Positions 50,659-60,297 of a stretch of 64,000 bases of DNA are shown piece by piece. Source of the stretch: Candidatus Algichlamydia australiensis (GTDB taxonomy: Bacteria; Chlamydiota; Chlamydiia; Chlamydiales; JAJFMI01). The notes under the pieces were generated by a model. That model was not told the origin of the DNA and ran no database searches. It saw only the letters and a list, made by a program, of their open reading frames with translations. The position numbers were made by a program, and so were the translations under genes. Location of the stretch: the NCBI GenBank assembly GCA_033977065.1, contig JAXCHI010000003.1, forward strand, positions 416,001 to 480,000, written 5' to 3'. How positions within the stretch are numbered: the first letter of the stretch is position 1; every line of letters starts with the position of its first letter.

Positions 50659-51242
50659 TTTATACCTAAATCTTCAATATGGGTTTTTAAAGTTTGCATG
50701 TTTTGATTGTTTTCTAAAACATGGTCGGCGCGTCTTGCTTTGTCTGCTTGTGAAAGCTGCCGAGCTGTTCTTTTTTTATACTCTTCCTCTCCCTTCCCAA
50801 AACGGTTAAGACAGAGGGAGGAGGTTGCAGTAACACAGATGGTAGCATCAAAGTATTTCTCCCAATTGACTTCAAACAGGAGAGGTACTTCTGCGACACA
50901 AAGTTTATGTTGTTTTTCTGCTTCTTTCATCTCACTTAAGAGGTGTTGGATAATTTTTGGATGAATTATTTTTTCTAATCGTTGTAATTTTACGGGGTCG
51001 GAAAATACGACTTTTGCTAAATTATCACGTAAATTCCCGGAAAAGACCTCTTGACCAAATTCATTTTTGATTTGTTGCCTAAGTTGGCTGTCTTGATTGA
51101 GCAATCTGTGGGTGATCTCATCGGCATCGACCCGATAAGCTCCTGATTCTTCAAATATTTTTGCGACTGTACTCTTTCCTGAGCCAGGCACGCCGGTAAT
51201 AGCAATCCTTTTAATTCTAACACTCTCCCCAATTTTTGCCAA
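50655..51242 (-). CDS. coaE: Dephospho-CoA kinase (5' end ambiguous)
   Basis: [25 protein letters not shown]; lies between polA and rho. Confidence 0.9.
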   Translation of the reverse strand: MAKIGESVRIKRIAITGVPGSGKSTVAKIFEESGAYRVDADEITHRLLNQDSQLRQQIKNEFGQEVFSGNLRDNLAKVVFSDPVKLQRLEKIIHPKIIQHLLSEMKEAEKQHKLCVAEVPLLFEVNWEKYFDATICVTATSSLCLNRFGKGEEEYKKRTARQLSQADKARRADHVLENNQNMQTLKTHIEDLGIK

Positions 51243-53886
51243 CTGAAATATCTACACTTAAAGGAACTTTCAGCTTAATAATCCCCTCCATAGTGGGTTT
51301 AACCACCTTCTCCAGGGAGGAGAGCTCGGAGTCGGGCACTTCAAAAATGAGCTCATCGTGAATTTGGAGGATCATCATCTCCTCCTCTTTTATTTTTTGA
51401 TCGATTTCAATCATTGCCATTTTAATGATATCGGCTTGTGTTCCCTGGAAGGGAGTATTGACCGCGAGACGTTCTGCTTGAGAGCGGATCATCGGGTTGC
51501 GGTTGTCGATGTCAGGCAGGGGACGCTGGCGGCCAGTCATGGTGGTGGCCATCTTTGTAGCGCGTGCCTCTTCTTTGCAGTGTTCCAGAAAGTCGCGGAC
51601 TTTTGGATATCGATCAAAATATTTCTTTATAAAATCGGAGGCCTCTTTGTGAGAAATATCTAATTCTTGGGAGAGGCCGAAGGCGCCCTGTCCATAAATT
51701 AAGCCAAAGTTCACAGCCTTTGCTCGATAGCGCATTTCGCGTGTTACTTGATCAAGAGGTCTGTCAAAAACGCGTGAGGCGGTGAAAGCGTGAATGTCTT
51801 CGCCTTCGTTAAATGCTTTTACAAGAGCGGGATCTTCGCTTAAGTGGGCCAAAATGCGCAACTCGATTTGCGAGTAGTCGGCAGCTAAAAAACTTGAAGA
51901 GGATTTTTCAGGGTGAAACGCTTCACGAATTTTTCTTCCCTCGCTTGAGCGGATCGGAATATTTTGCAGGTTGGGATCTGTGCAAGAGAGTCTTCCTGTT
52001 GCGGCAACTGACTGATTGAAACTGCAGTGGATCCGCCCTGTTTTTTCGTTGATCTGTTTGGGAAGGGAGTCAACGTAAGTGGAGCGCAACTTTTCTAAGC
52101 CTCGGTACTCTAAGATTTTTTCTGCGATGGGGTATTCGTGTGCGAGGGCTTTTAAAATTTCTGCTCCTGTCCCTACTGAGGTACCGCGCTTTTTTGGAGG
52201 GCGCTTGACTTCAAGCTTGGTGTAAAGAATGTGGCTTAGCTGCTTGGGGGAGTTAATGTTAAACTCTTCATTTGCCAGATTATAAATCTCTTTTTGCAGA
52301 CGACCTACCATCTCAACAAGCTCTTTTGATTTGACTTTGAGCTTTTCTGCATCGAGATAGATACCATTGCGCTCCATCTTTGCTAAGATTTTGATTAATG
52401 GTATTTCAATCTCATAGAGAATTTTTTTCAGCTTGCGGTGCGCAACTTCTTCTTCAAAAAGCTCTTTAAGACGGCAAGTAAAGTCCACATCTTCGCAGCA
52501 ATAATCCGATACTTCTTTAATCGGAACGTCAAGCATCGATTTTGCTTTTTTTCCTGTACCAAGAAGGCTTTTAATTGAGGTTTTGACTTTACCAAAGTGG
52601 TGCAATGAGAGGTGGTCAAGTCCGTGGCGATTCACTTGTGGGGCCAAAACATAAGAAGCGAGCATTGTATCAAAGCAAATTTTTTCAATTTCAATGCCTT
52701 CATTGAGTAAAACGTGATAATCATACTTTAAATTGTGACCATAAAAGCTACATTTGGAAAAAAGAGGCCTGAGTTTTTTTAACACAAGTTCTTTGTCCAA
52801 TTTCCCATTGACAGGGACGTAGTAAGCCTCTTTTGGTTTTACGGCAAAACCAACGCCTACAAGTTCTGCTTCTAAAGGGCGAAGCTTTGTTGTCTCTACA
52901 TCAACACAAATCTCTTGTTCTTTAGAGAGATTTTCAACAAGAATGTCTAGCTCTTTTTCGCTCTCTATCAAGTGATAAGAGGTTTTTTCTGTTGCTTCTT
53001 TTTTGTCGGAGCTCTCTGTCTCTATCCCTTGGGTGTCCGCTTTCATTTCGCGAAGCAGGGAGGAAAAACGCATCTCTTCGTAAAGAGCGGTCAACTCACC
53101 GATCTTTGGCTGAAAGCGTTCGTACTCACTCTCACTTGTAGGAATTTCTAAATTAAGGTGAAGAGTAGCGAGCTCTTGGCTGAGATACGCCTCTTTTTTA
53201 TACGTAATTAAATTTTCACCGCGCTTCCCAGAGACCTCATCAGCATGTTCATAAATTCCTTCCAAAGTGCCGTATTTATTCAAAAGATCTGCAGCAGCTT
53301 TAGGACCAAGGCCTTGAATTCCGGGGATATTATCAGACTTGTCTCCCACAATCGCAAGATAGTCGATAATTTGACTTGGCGTAACATCGTAGAGCTCTTT
53401 GACTTTTTTCTCATCAATGATGAGATTGCCCTTGTAGGTATTGAGCAATACGATATTTTCATTTACAAGCTGGCAAAGATCTTTATCACTGGAGCAGACA
53501 TAGCTTTTGGCCCCTTTTCTTTCTGCCCACTTAGCTACACAACCGATCACATCATCTGCTTCGACACCAGGAAGAGAGAGGGTGGGAATTCCTGCAAGCT
53601 TGCACCACTCAATTGCCCAATCAAGTTGAGGAATGAGATCTTCTGGCATACCGACGCGGTGCGCCTTATAGTGTTCATAGACGGCAACGCGCGCTTTTTT
53701 GTTTTCTGGGCCATCAAAAACAGCTACAAAATGAGCAGGAGAAAAGTCCTTAAAGAGTTTTTGAACCGTACGGATAAAACCGTAAAGGGCGTTTGTTGAT
53801 TCGCCCTTTGGATTCGTCATCTTCCCAATCGCAAAATAGGAGCGAAAGAGAGTATGAACCGCATCGAGAATATAGATATTTTTCAT
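51217..53886 (-). CDS. polA: DNA polymerase I
   Basis: 5'-3' exonuclease (EADD, GDKSDNIPG); polymerase motifs TGRLS, DYSQIELR, KAVNFG, QIHDEL. Confidence 0.98.
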   Translation of the reverse strand: MKNIYILDAVHTLFRSYFAIGKMTNPKGESTNALYGFIRTVQKLFKDFSPAHFVAVFDGPENKKARVAVYEHYKAHRVGMPEDLIPQLDWAIEWCKLAGIPTLSLPGVEADDVIGCVAKWAERKGAKSYVCSSDKDLCQLVNENIVLLNTYKGNLIIDEKKVKELYDVTPSQIIDYLAIVGDKSDNIPGIQGLGPKAAADLLNKYGTLEGIYEHADEVSGKRGENLITYKKEAYLSQELATLHLNLEIPTSESEYERFQPKIGELTALYEEMRFSSLLREMKADTQGIETESSDKKEATEKTSYHLIESEKELDILVENLSKEQEICVDVETTKLRPLEAELVGVGFAVKPKEAYYVPVNGKLDKELVLKKLRPLFSKCSFYGHNLKYDYHVLLNEGIEIEKICFDTMLASYVLAPQVNRHGLDHLSLHHFGKVKTSIKSLLGTGKKAKSMLDVPIKEVSDYCCEDVDFTCRLKELFEEEVAHRKLKKILYEIEIPLIKILAKMERNGIYLDAEKLKVKSKELVEMVGRLQKEIYNLANEEFNINSPKQLSHILYTKLEVKRPPKKRGTSVGTGAEILKALAHEYPIAEKILEYRGLEKLRSTYVDSLPKQINEKTGRIHCSFNQSVAATGRLSCTDPNLQNIPIRSSEGRKIREAFHPEKSSSSFLAADYSQIELRILAHLSEDPALVKAFNEGEDIHAFTASRVFDRPLDQVTREMRYRAKAVNFGLIYGQGAFGLSQELDISHKEASDFIKKYFDRYPKVRDFLEHCKEEARATKMATTMTGRQRPLPDIDNRNPMIRSQAERLAVNTPFQGTQADIIKMAMIEIDQKIKEEEMMILQIHDELIFEVPDSELSSLEKVVKPTMEGIIKLKVPLSVDISVGKNWGEC

Positions 53887-54905
53887 CGTCTCATAGGATA
53901 TTCAGCACGTGGCGTGCTATCTGCTTGCAGCAGGCTCTTCATCTGCTGGAACAAGGAGGCAGATGTGTGAATAAAATCTTGAAAAATGGGGCGATCTGGG
54001 ACGAGTTGAATCACTTGGTAAGAGCCCTCAATTTTCGCCTCTTTTGTCAACTCGCTCATCGCACCTTCATAGCTACTATCTGCAACATCAATGTAGCCAT
54101 ATTTTTGAGCTGTTGGAGCGTCGTAAATGCGCGCACCATACTCATTTTTCAATTCACTCTCAGTGATGCGGGGTCGTGATTTGGCAACAATAGCAACAAA
54201 TCGATCATAGAGATAAGTGATGAGGGGGTCAAGGGAAGCTGTTTCGTCAGGGCTCCACTTCTCATACGAGGATAGTACAACTTTATCCTTTCCTCGTGTT
54301 AGCGTTTTTTCTTTAACTCCATATTTTTCCATTAGGTCGTAGAAGTTAAAGTTAGGCCCCATTAGAACACCAACCGAGCCAATGATACTAGTAGGTGTAG
54401 AGAAAATTTTGTCTGCCCCACACGCAGAGTACATCGCACCAGATGCGCATAATCCATCAACAAAAGCGTAAACCGGAACTTGGTATTGCTCTTTGTAAGC
54501 CATAATGTGGCGATAGATATCATCAGATTGTGTGGCATCCCCACCAGGAGAGTTAATGTGAAGGAAGACCGCCTTCACGCGTCCTTTTTTTACAGAAAAG
54601 CCTTGTGAATCTAATAGCTGGCGTTTGATGTTTTTGGCTGTAGTGCTTTGCATACCAATTGCGCCATTGATGTTGACACGCAAAACTACGGGAACAGAGC
54701 TTGCAAGAGCCATGCGATTGCCCTCTGCATCAGGGGCGATGTGCACGCGTGTATTCTCGACAACTGCTTGTGAACTATTGAACATTCCGTAGAGAATGAG
54801 CAAAATAAATACCGCAATTGCTAAGCCGAAAGTTCCGAGGCAGACGCGAAAAAAAGCGCGCAGGCCAGACATAAAGATTGATTCACGTTGTATTTCCATA
54901 AACAA
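53883..54905 (-). CDS. S49 family peptidase (SppA/SohB)
   Basis: N-terminal TM, INSPGG, CASGAMY, GSVGV. Confidence 0.9.
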   Translation of the reverse strand: MFMEIQRESIFMSGLRAFFRVCLGTFGLAIAVFILLILYGMFNSSQAVVENTRVHIAPDAEGNRMALASSVPVVLRVNINGAIGMQSTTAKNIKRQLLDSQGFSVKKGRVKAVFLHINSPGGDATQSDDIYRHIMAYKEQYQVPVYAFVDGLCASGAMYSACGADKIFSTPTSIIGSVGVLMGPNFNFYDLMEKYGVKEKTLTRGKDKVVLSSYEKWSPDETASLDPLITYLYDRFVAIVAKSRPRITESELKNEYGARIYDAPTAQKYGYIDVADSSYEGAMSELTKEAKIEGSYQVIQLVPDRPIFQDFIHTSASLFQQMKSLLQADSTPRAEYPMRR

Positions 54906-54956
54906 TCATCCTACTCCTGGTTGGGGAGCTTAGTCAACAGATAAATAATAGATAGT

Positions 54957-55005
54957 CGAGGCTTTGACGTTAAAAAGAATAAAAAAATTTTCTGCCACAG
55001 ATTAC
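54957..55005. repeat. 49-bp dispersed repeat, copy 2
   Basis: Matches 23884-23932. Confidence 0.75.
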
Positions 55006-55089
55006 TCGCCTCTGTTTTTTCAATTGACTGTTAAGTTTTTAAGTGAAAAATGGGTGTCACCAAGTAAATCTTAAATTTAGGAGTCTAAG

Positions 55090-55224
55090 ATGAAATTGAT
55101 TACTTTAAGCCTCGCTCTGTTTTGTGTGTGCGCAGGATTTTTGAGTGCTACGTATGCGAAAATTTGTCCAGAGGCAATCAGCACAGACTGCCCGTTTGGT
55201 AAAGGAAATAAAGGAAAAAAGTAG
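55090..55224 (+). CDS. 44-aa secreted cationic Cys-containing peptide (below the ORF-track cutoff)
   Basis: AGGAG RBS; MKLITLSLALFCVCAGFLSATYA-KICPEAISTDCPFGKGNKGKK; followed by a hairpin. Confidence 0.7.
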   Translation: MKLITLSLALFCVCAGFLSATYAKICPEAISTDCPFGKGNKGKK

Positions 55225-55240
55225 ATGGTTTTTTGCTCTC

Positions 55241-55265
55241 AGGACTCTCTTTTAAAGAGAGTCCT
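55241..55265. terminator. Hairpin between convergent genes
   Basis: AGGACTCTCTT-TTA-AAGAGAGTCCT. Confidence 0.6.
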
Positions 55266-55325
55266 CGGTTTGATTTCAAAAAGTTTTGCAGTCTCCTAGC
55301 CAATAGAAGACGGATTGCTACTTTT

Positions 55326-55746
55326 TCAGGTGTATGATTTTATTATACGTCTGAAGTTTATAACAGAGGGAAAAAGAGGCTCTGGCAAATTATCAAGATC
55401 AAACCACTCCCATGCTTCGCATTTGTGTGGCTCCATTACTTGAGGTGTACCAGTAAAACTTTCTACAATCATATGAATCGTGATGTAGTGCTTTTCCTCT
55501 TTTGCGAAGATCTCTGTTGTCCAGGGGCCGGGCTTTACTTTTTGCCGTAAGACCTGTCTCTTCTAAGAGTTCGCGCACTGCGCACTCTTCTGGCGTTTCG
55601 CCAAATTCAAGGTGCCCTCCCGGTGGAGCGTAGGCACCTGTTCCGTGGGCATTGATGCGCTTTCCAAGAAGAATTTTTCCTTTTTGTATTACATGAACAC
55701 CAATATCAACCAGTGGCTTTTTTGAAATTGTTGTTGCTTCTCTCAT
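55326..55746 (-). pseudogene. NUDIX hydrolase (MutT/NUDT15-like) with a frameshift near 55540
   Basis: Nudix box [23 protein letters not shown]; the natural C-terminus (PGPWT...KHYIT...[11 protein letters not shown]) continues in another frame to TGA at 55326. Confidence 0.8.
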
Positions 55747-56201
55747 TTTAAAGGAATCTTTTTGTTTTTATGTTTTTGTTTCACTATTTGATAACTTTCA
55801 GAAATTAAATGTGCTATTTGTGAGAATGATTTTTCTGAAGGATTGCAGATGGAGACCCAACACATCCAGCCGTAAACGGGATGGGGTGTTAATTGATTAA
55901 GTGAAGTAAAGTCGTAAGGTCCTTCGATAACTCCTCCTTTTGAAGGGCGTTTGGGGATAACTTCAAACAGCTCCAAAAAAGTAGGTTTTGAAATTCCAAA
56001 ATTTAATCGAAAAACGCCTTGTCGATCTAGGCTTGAAGCCTTGTCATTTTGCCCATCCTTCTCTTTGATGGTGCAAAAATAGGTGCCTCTTGGGCTTAGG
56101 TTATTTGGGTTATAAAAAAAGCTTGTTTCGCCCCAGGAATCAATCACTCGCAAATCATCAAACGTTTTTAATAAGTAGCAGGAAATAGCATTTGGGTTCA
56201 T
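55743..56201 (-). CDS. Hypothetical protein, DUF6194-like
   Basis: [37 protein letters not shown]. Confidence 0.7.
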   Translation of the reverse strand: MNPNAISCYLLKTFDDLRVIDSWGETSFFYNPNNLSPRGTYFCTIKEKDGQNDKASSLDRQGVFRLNFGISKPTFLELFEVIPKRPSKGGVIEGPYDFTSLNQLTPHPVYGWMCWVSICNPSEKSFSQIAHLISESYQIVKQKHKNKKIPLK

Positions 56202-56293
56202 CAGTTTATTACTTTAGCATTTGAATCTAGAGAGATCAACTTCTTGATTTAGAAAAAAAGACAGGATATAGTTTGTTTTCTTAAAAGGTGTTT

Positions 56294-57163
56294 ATGAAAA
56301 AACTTGTTTTGTTTCTAATTTTAGTATTTTCATTAAAAGCAGAGGAAAACAAAATTATTTATCTTTTGTCTCCTCCTCGCTCTTGCTCAACTCTTTTTAT
56401 GAGGATAATTGCAAATCATGAGAGGATGGCAGTTTTTAACGAACCATCTCAGCGCTCTTACGTAAGGGTGCATCACCCGGAAGTAGAGCACTGGTGGCGA
56501 GAAGATGGCCCCAAAACTCACAAGGAGATGCAAAAGCTCCTCTATGAGCAGAGAAAAGAATCAAACGTATTTGTGAAGGAAATGAACTTTGCTGTTTATG
56601 ATTTGCTTCCAAATGAGCTGGAGTTCCTCCAAGATCCTAACGTCCATTTTGTTTTTTTAGTTCGCAATCCCCATGCCGTTGCAATTTCTATCTATAAAAA
56701 ATTAGAAAGTGTCTGGGATGATATGGATGATATCATGGGCATGAAGCAGTTATATGAGACATTTCAGCTTGCTAGAAGAGAGTCAGCAAATCCAGTAAGA
56801 GTTATTTTCAGTGAGCAAATTTATGAAAACCCAGAGAGAACAGTAAAGACTTTTTGCGACTGCTATAATTTTCCATTTAAAGAGAGTTTGCTGGAGTGGC
56901 ATCCTTATCCTGATGATTTTACTGGGGTAGAAGAGTGGCATGAATTTAAACGTTCTGATCAATTGTTTCACTGGCATGGAAATGCGATTCGTAGTAGCGG
57001 GATTGGTCGCCCCCAAGAGTATGAGCTAGACGAGTTGGGAAGACCCACATTTAATGAAATTAAAAATGAGTCTGACCGCGAAAAAACACGAGCCGTTTAT
57101 GAGAGGCAGCTTATTTGGTACAAAAAGTTTGTCAATAAAACTGGTCCATATTTAATCAAATAG
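56294..57163 (+). CDS. Exported sulfotransferase-like P-loop protein
   Basis: SPPRSCSTLFMR, FNEP, VFVKEM, FLVRNP; signal peptide. Confidence 0.75.
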   Translation: MKKLVLFLILVFSLKAEENKIIYLLSPPRSCSTLFMRIIANHERMAVFNEPSQRSYVRVHHPEVEHWWREDGPKTHKEMQKLLYEQRKESNVFVKEMNFAVYDLLPNELEFLQDPNVHFVFLVRNPHAVAISIYKKLESVWDDMDDIMGMKQLYETFQLARRESANPVRVIFSEQIYENPERTVKTFCDCYNFPFKESLLEWHPYPDDFTGVEEWHEFKRSDQLFHWHGNAIRSSGIGRPQEYELDELGRPTFNEIKNESDREKTRAVYERQLIWYKKFVNKTGPYLIK

Positions 57164-57225
57164 TCACAAACGAATATAGACTTGGAGCGTTTTGGCAAAG
57201 CTTTGCCAGGAATACGAACAGTTTT

Positions 57226-57256
57226 TTCAGTTGTACGATTAAATCGTACAACTGAA
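57226..57256. repeat. Palindrome immediately after the Bro-N stop codon
   Basis: TTCAGTTGTACGAT-TAA-ATCGTACAACTGAA (14-bp arms). Confidence 0.9.
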
Positions 57257-57257
57257 T

Positions 57258-58091
57258 TCATTCTATCTTAGGGCCATCAATAAAATTTGACGAGCTTAGT
57301 ACTTTTTTCCCGCTCTCCTTTTCGAGTTCATGTCGCGCATTTCCAGCAATTGTTCCGCCTGCTATAGCTGCTTCTCTGTTCTCTTCGAACCCTTGGGCAT
57401 CACGTTGAACGGATATTTCTGAAGTTGATGCTTCACCCAACATGGTAAAAATCAGCTCGAGATCTGTCATATGATCTCTTAAGTTTTCTCTTTTTAGGTT
57501 TTTAATTTTTTTATGTTCAGATGGTTTTACTCCAAAAGTTGCTTCAGAAATTTCAGCAGTAAGAATAGCATATTCTTTCTGCTTTTTTACACCTCTCTTT
57601 TCCCATTCCCCAGTAAGTTGCTCGCGAGTGGCAATCCCTCGCATCCTTCTTTCAATCCATTCATCGGGGTAGCCCTTTGCTTTGTAAAGTGCTCGCGTGC
57701 GCTTCGTTGCAAGCTCTGGATTTTCAATTTCTTTGATTCTTTCAAAGCCGACTCTTGCAAGCCATCGTTTTAGAGGTTCAGCTTTAGGCGATGGAATAGA
57801 TTGAATAATCCTAAAAAGCGTTTCTGTGTTGGCGGTATCGGTAGCCCTCATTCGTCCATCCGATGCTACTAATTTCAACCGTACGATTTTATCGTACGGT
57901 TGGATAAACCCTTCATCTTCAGTAAGTTTCTTCTTCAAGTCAGACCAATATCTTTTAGGGGTTAAGCTATCTGTTAATGTTTCAATGACATCAACGATAG
58001 AAAAATACCACTCGTCGTTGTAGATGATTTTTCGAATCCGTTTGCCCCGAAAAACTGCAATTTTGCCTGATTTTTGAATCTCTTGAATCAT
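57258..58091 (-). CDS. Bro-N domain (phage antirepressor-like) DNA-binding protein
   Basis: IRKI...EWYFSIVDVIE.LT, YWSDLK, RIIQSIPSPKAEP.K.WLA, NLRDHMTDLELIF; GGAG before ATG 58091. Confidence 0.88.
   Translation of the reverse strand: MIQEIQKSGKIAVFRGKRIRKIIYNDEWYFSIVDVIETLTDSLTPKRYWSDLKKKLTEDEGFIQPYDKIVRLKLVASDGRMRATDTANTETLFRIIQSIPSPKAEPLKRWLARVGFERIKEIENPELATKRTRALYKAKGYPDEWIERRMRGIATREQLTGEWEKRGVKKQKEYAILTAEISEATFGVKPSEHKKIKNLKRENLRDHMTDLELIFTMLGEASTSEISVQRDAQGFEENREAAIAGGTIAGNARHELEKESGKKVLSSSNFIDGPKIE
57876..57902. repeat. Intragenic 27-bp palindrome encoding QPYDKIVRL
   Basis: CAACCGTACGAT-TTT-ATCGTACGGTTG. Confidence 0.95.
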
Positions 58092-58124
58092 ATTTTTCTC
58101 CAAAAGCGACTAAGGTTCAAAAAA

Positions 58125-58180
58125 AGGATAACTGTTAAGTTTGTTTTTTTCAACCGTACGATTTTATCGTACGGTTGAAA
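58125..58180 (-). promoter_or_regulatory. Bro-N promoter (TTGAAA-N17-TATCCT) with a palindromic operator overlapping -35
   Basis: -35 at 58153-58148 and -10 at 58130-58125 on the minus strand; the palindrome at 58148-58180 contains an exact copy of 57873-57902. Confidence 0.75.
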
Positions 58181-58181
58181 T

Positions 58182-59126
58182 TTACAAGCGGATGTAGACT
58201 TGTGCGCCTTTTGCGGGGCGCTCGTTTTGATGGTCCCAGTGGGGTGTTTTGGCAAAGTCTTGCCAGATGCGTGGGTAGTCCTTGCGGCCGTAAAGGCGAT
58301 CAAGCGCTTGTTTGGGCTGCGCTGGGATCCAGATGCGGGTTGGGCCAAAAGCGCACCGTTTGCGATTTTGAATTTGAGAAGCTGCGTAGGTGTCATTAGG
58401 ATAATCGCGGCGAAAAAAAGGAGAGCGATGGTAGTAAGTCTCTTCCTCTTTTCTAAAAAAGAAAATATCAATGAAGGGAAAGGTCCACTCGCTTCCCATT
58501 TTTTTTCCATTTAGCGGTGAGAGTTTATAAAAGTCACCTTCATCGAGGTAGTGCAGGGCAATGCCCTGGCCAAGTAGCTCTTTTTTTAAAGAGAGAAGGG
58601 TGGTCTCATCTTGCTCAAGCATGTAGATATCGAGGTCATCATCCCAGGGGATGAGGCCTTTGTGGCGCACGGCTCCAAGCAGAGTGCCACCGCCTGCCCA
58701 GTAGGTAAGATCGTATTTAGTAAAAAGTTTGTCGACTTTTGCCATGAAATTATAGAGTTGTTTGGCAGTTTCTTTTGGGAGTGGAGGAATGTCGTGAATG
58801 GTTTTGGGAAGTTTTGCACACGCTTTTTTGATACGATGTGCAGAGATTTTTTTTGGCGCGTAGTGTTTGTATCCTGTGCGATTGGCGAGGCTGCCTAATT
58901 CTTTTTTTGTGAAAGAGCTGTTGTCAAGGATCACAATGGGAGTGAGGTTGTGGTAATGGTCAAGTGCTTCGATTTCTCTTTGAATTTGCTTTAGAGTTTT
59001 GCCCTTGGGGTTAAGAAGTGTGGCGTCTGTCTGTTTAGCCAATTTTTTGGCGTGGGCGGGAGCGTTAATGAGTAGGCGCGCTTGGAGCTGGGCGAGCAGG
59101 AGTAGGAGAGGTAGGTACTTCAGCAT
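58182..59126 (-). CDS. LicD/fukutin-family phosphotransferase with signal peptide
   Basis: GGTLLGAVRHKGLIPWDDDLDI, FIDIF, L.RLYG; N-terminus MLKYLPLLLLLAQLQA. Confidence 0.85.
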   Translation of the reverse strand: MLKYLPLLLLLAQLQARLLINAPAHAKKLAKQTDATLLNPKGKTLKQIQREIEALDHYHNLTPIVILDNSSFTKKELGSLANRTGYKHYAPKKISAHRIKKACAKLPKTIHDIPPLPKETAKQLYNFMAKVDKLFTKYDLTYWAGGGTLLGAVRHKGLIPWDDDLDIYMLEQDETTLLSLKKELLGQGIALHYLDEGDFYKLSPLNGKKMGSEWTFPFIDIFFFRKEEETYYHRSPFFRRDYPNDTYAASQIQNRKRCAFGPTRIWIPAQPKQALDRLYGRKDYPRIWQDFAKTPHWDHQNERPAKGAQVYIRL

Positions 59127-60297
59127 GGTTAATTTCTTGGTCTACTATAGCTGTTACGCAACTATCTGACCAGACGTTAAGAGAGGTTTCTACCATGTCG
59201 AATATTGAATAGAGAGGAAGGATAAGCCCCATCATGCCAAGTGGTACGTTCAAGCCAACAAGAAGTGCAGAAGTGAGAAAGAAGCAGCCCATTGGAACGC
59301 CTGCATTTCCGACAGCAGCCAGGGAAGAGACGAAGACCCAAAGAAGTAGCATGGGAACAGAAAAGGTCAAACCGTTGCTGATGGCAACAAAGAGTGAGGT
59401 GATCAAGATGAAGGCAGCGCAACCATTCATGTTGATAACAGAGCATAGGGGAAAGGAGAATCCGGCAACTTTGCTATCGATTTTTGCCCGATTCTCGGCA
59501 CACTCTAAGGCAATAGGAAGTGTCGCGCTTGAGGATTTTGAGAAGAAGGCTGCGGTCAAAGCGGGTAGCATGCTCTTTCCAAGCCGAAGAGGGCTGATTC
59601 CTTTTGCTGTAAGAATCAGGGGTAGAACGACAAATCCTTGAATGATATTTGCACCAATGACACAGAGAGCATAGAGAAGTAAGTTGCGGATACTTCCCTG
59701 ATTTTCACGAAGCGAGTGCATTAAAATTTCAGAAAAGGCAAAGATTGCAATGGGCAATAGCTTGATTGCCCATGAAGTCATTTTTACAAAAGCGGCAAAG
59801 AGCTCTTGGCAAGCTGTGCTAATTACACCCTTTTTGTTGGTTTTTAGTGCGGCAAGGCTGAAAACAACAGCCATTGCCACAATAGCAATAACATTTTGAT
59901 TGAGGAATGCGGAGAAGGGATTTTCTGGAATAAGGTTGAGGAAGAGGGTGTAGACGCTCTTGTTTTGTTCTACTGTTGGGGAGGCTCCAAGAGGGGCGTG
60001 TGCTGGTCTAATAGTAAGAAATAGGATCAGACCAACTACAGCCGCAAGAAAAGTAGTAAAGAGGGTATATTTGGTAACTTTTTTAAACAGAATTTTTAAC
60101 TTGTCGAGCGTTTCGACATTGAGTAGGGTCGCGGTGATAGAGAGGAAAATAAGAGGCATGCTTAAAAGTTTAAGTATGCGCAGAAAAGCATCACTGATGA
60201 AGATAGATGCTTCATGAATTTGTGGCAGAGCAAAATAGCCTGCAATAAGACCGAGTAACAGGGAGACAGGTGTGGAGAAGATTCTTTTAAAGAGCAT
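59065..60297 (-). CDS. Dicarboxylate/amino acid:cation symporter (DAACS)
   Basis: SKSSSATLP, INMNG, GNAGVP, DMVETSLNVWSD. Confidence 0.92.
   Translation of the reverse strand: MLFKRIFSTPVSLLLGLIAGYFALPQIHEASIFISDAFLRILKLLSMPLIFLSITATLLNVETLDKLKILFKKVTKYTLFTTFLAAVVGLILFLTIRPAHAPLGASPTVEQNKSVYTLFLNLIPENPFSAFLNQNVIAIVAMAVVFSLAALKTNKKGVISTACQELFAAFVKMTSWAIKLLPIAIFAFSEILMHSLRENQGSIRNLLLYALCVIGANIIQGFVVLPLILTAKGISPLRLGKSMLPALTAAFFSKSSSATLPIALECAENRAKIDSKVAGFSFPLCSVINMNGCAAFILITSLFVAISNGLTFSVPMLLLWVFVSSLAAVGNAGVPMGCFFLTSALLVGLNVPLGMMGLILPLYSIFDMVETSLNVWSDSCVTAIVDQEINHAEVPTSPTPARPAPSAPTH

Noticed and set aside
57193..57208. TGGCAAAGCTTTGCCA as a sigma-54 promoter
   Set aside because: GG-to-GC spacing is 9 rather than the required 10; it is a single 16-bp palindrome of unknown meaning.
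57258..58091. Prophage around the Bro-N gene
   Set aside because: No integrase, structural, terminase or replication genes nearby.
58088..58510. 140-aa ORF containing QPYDKIVRLK as a second Bro-N fragment
   Set aside because: It overlaps licD out of frame, and the peptide match arises only from the repeated palindrome.
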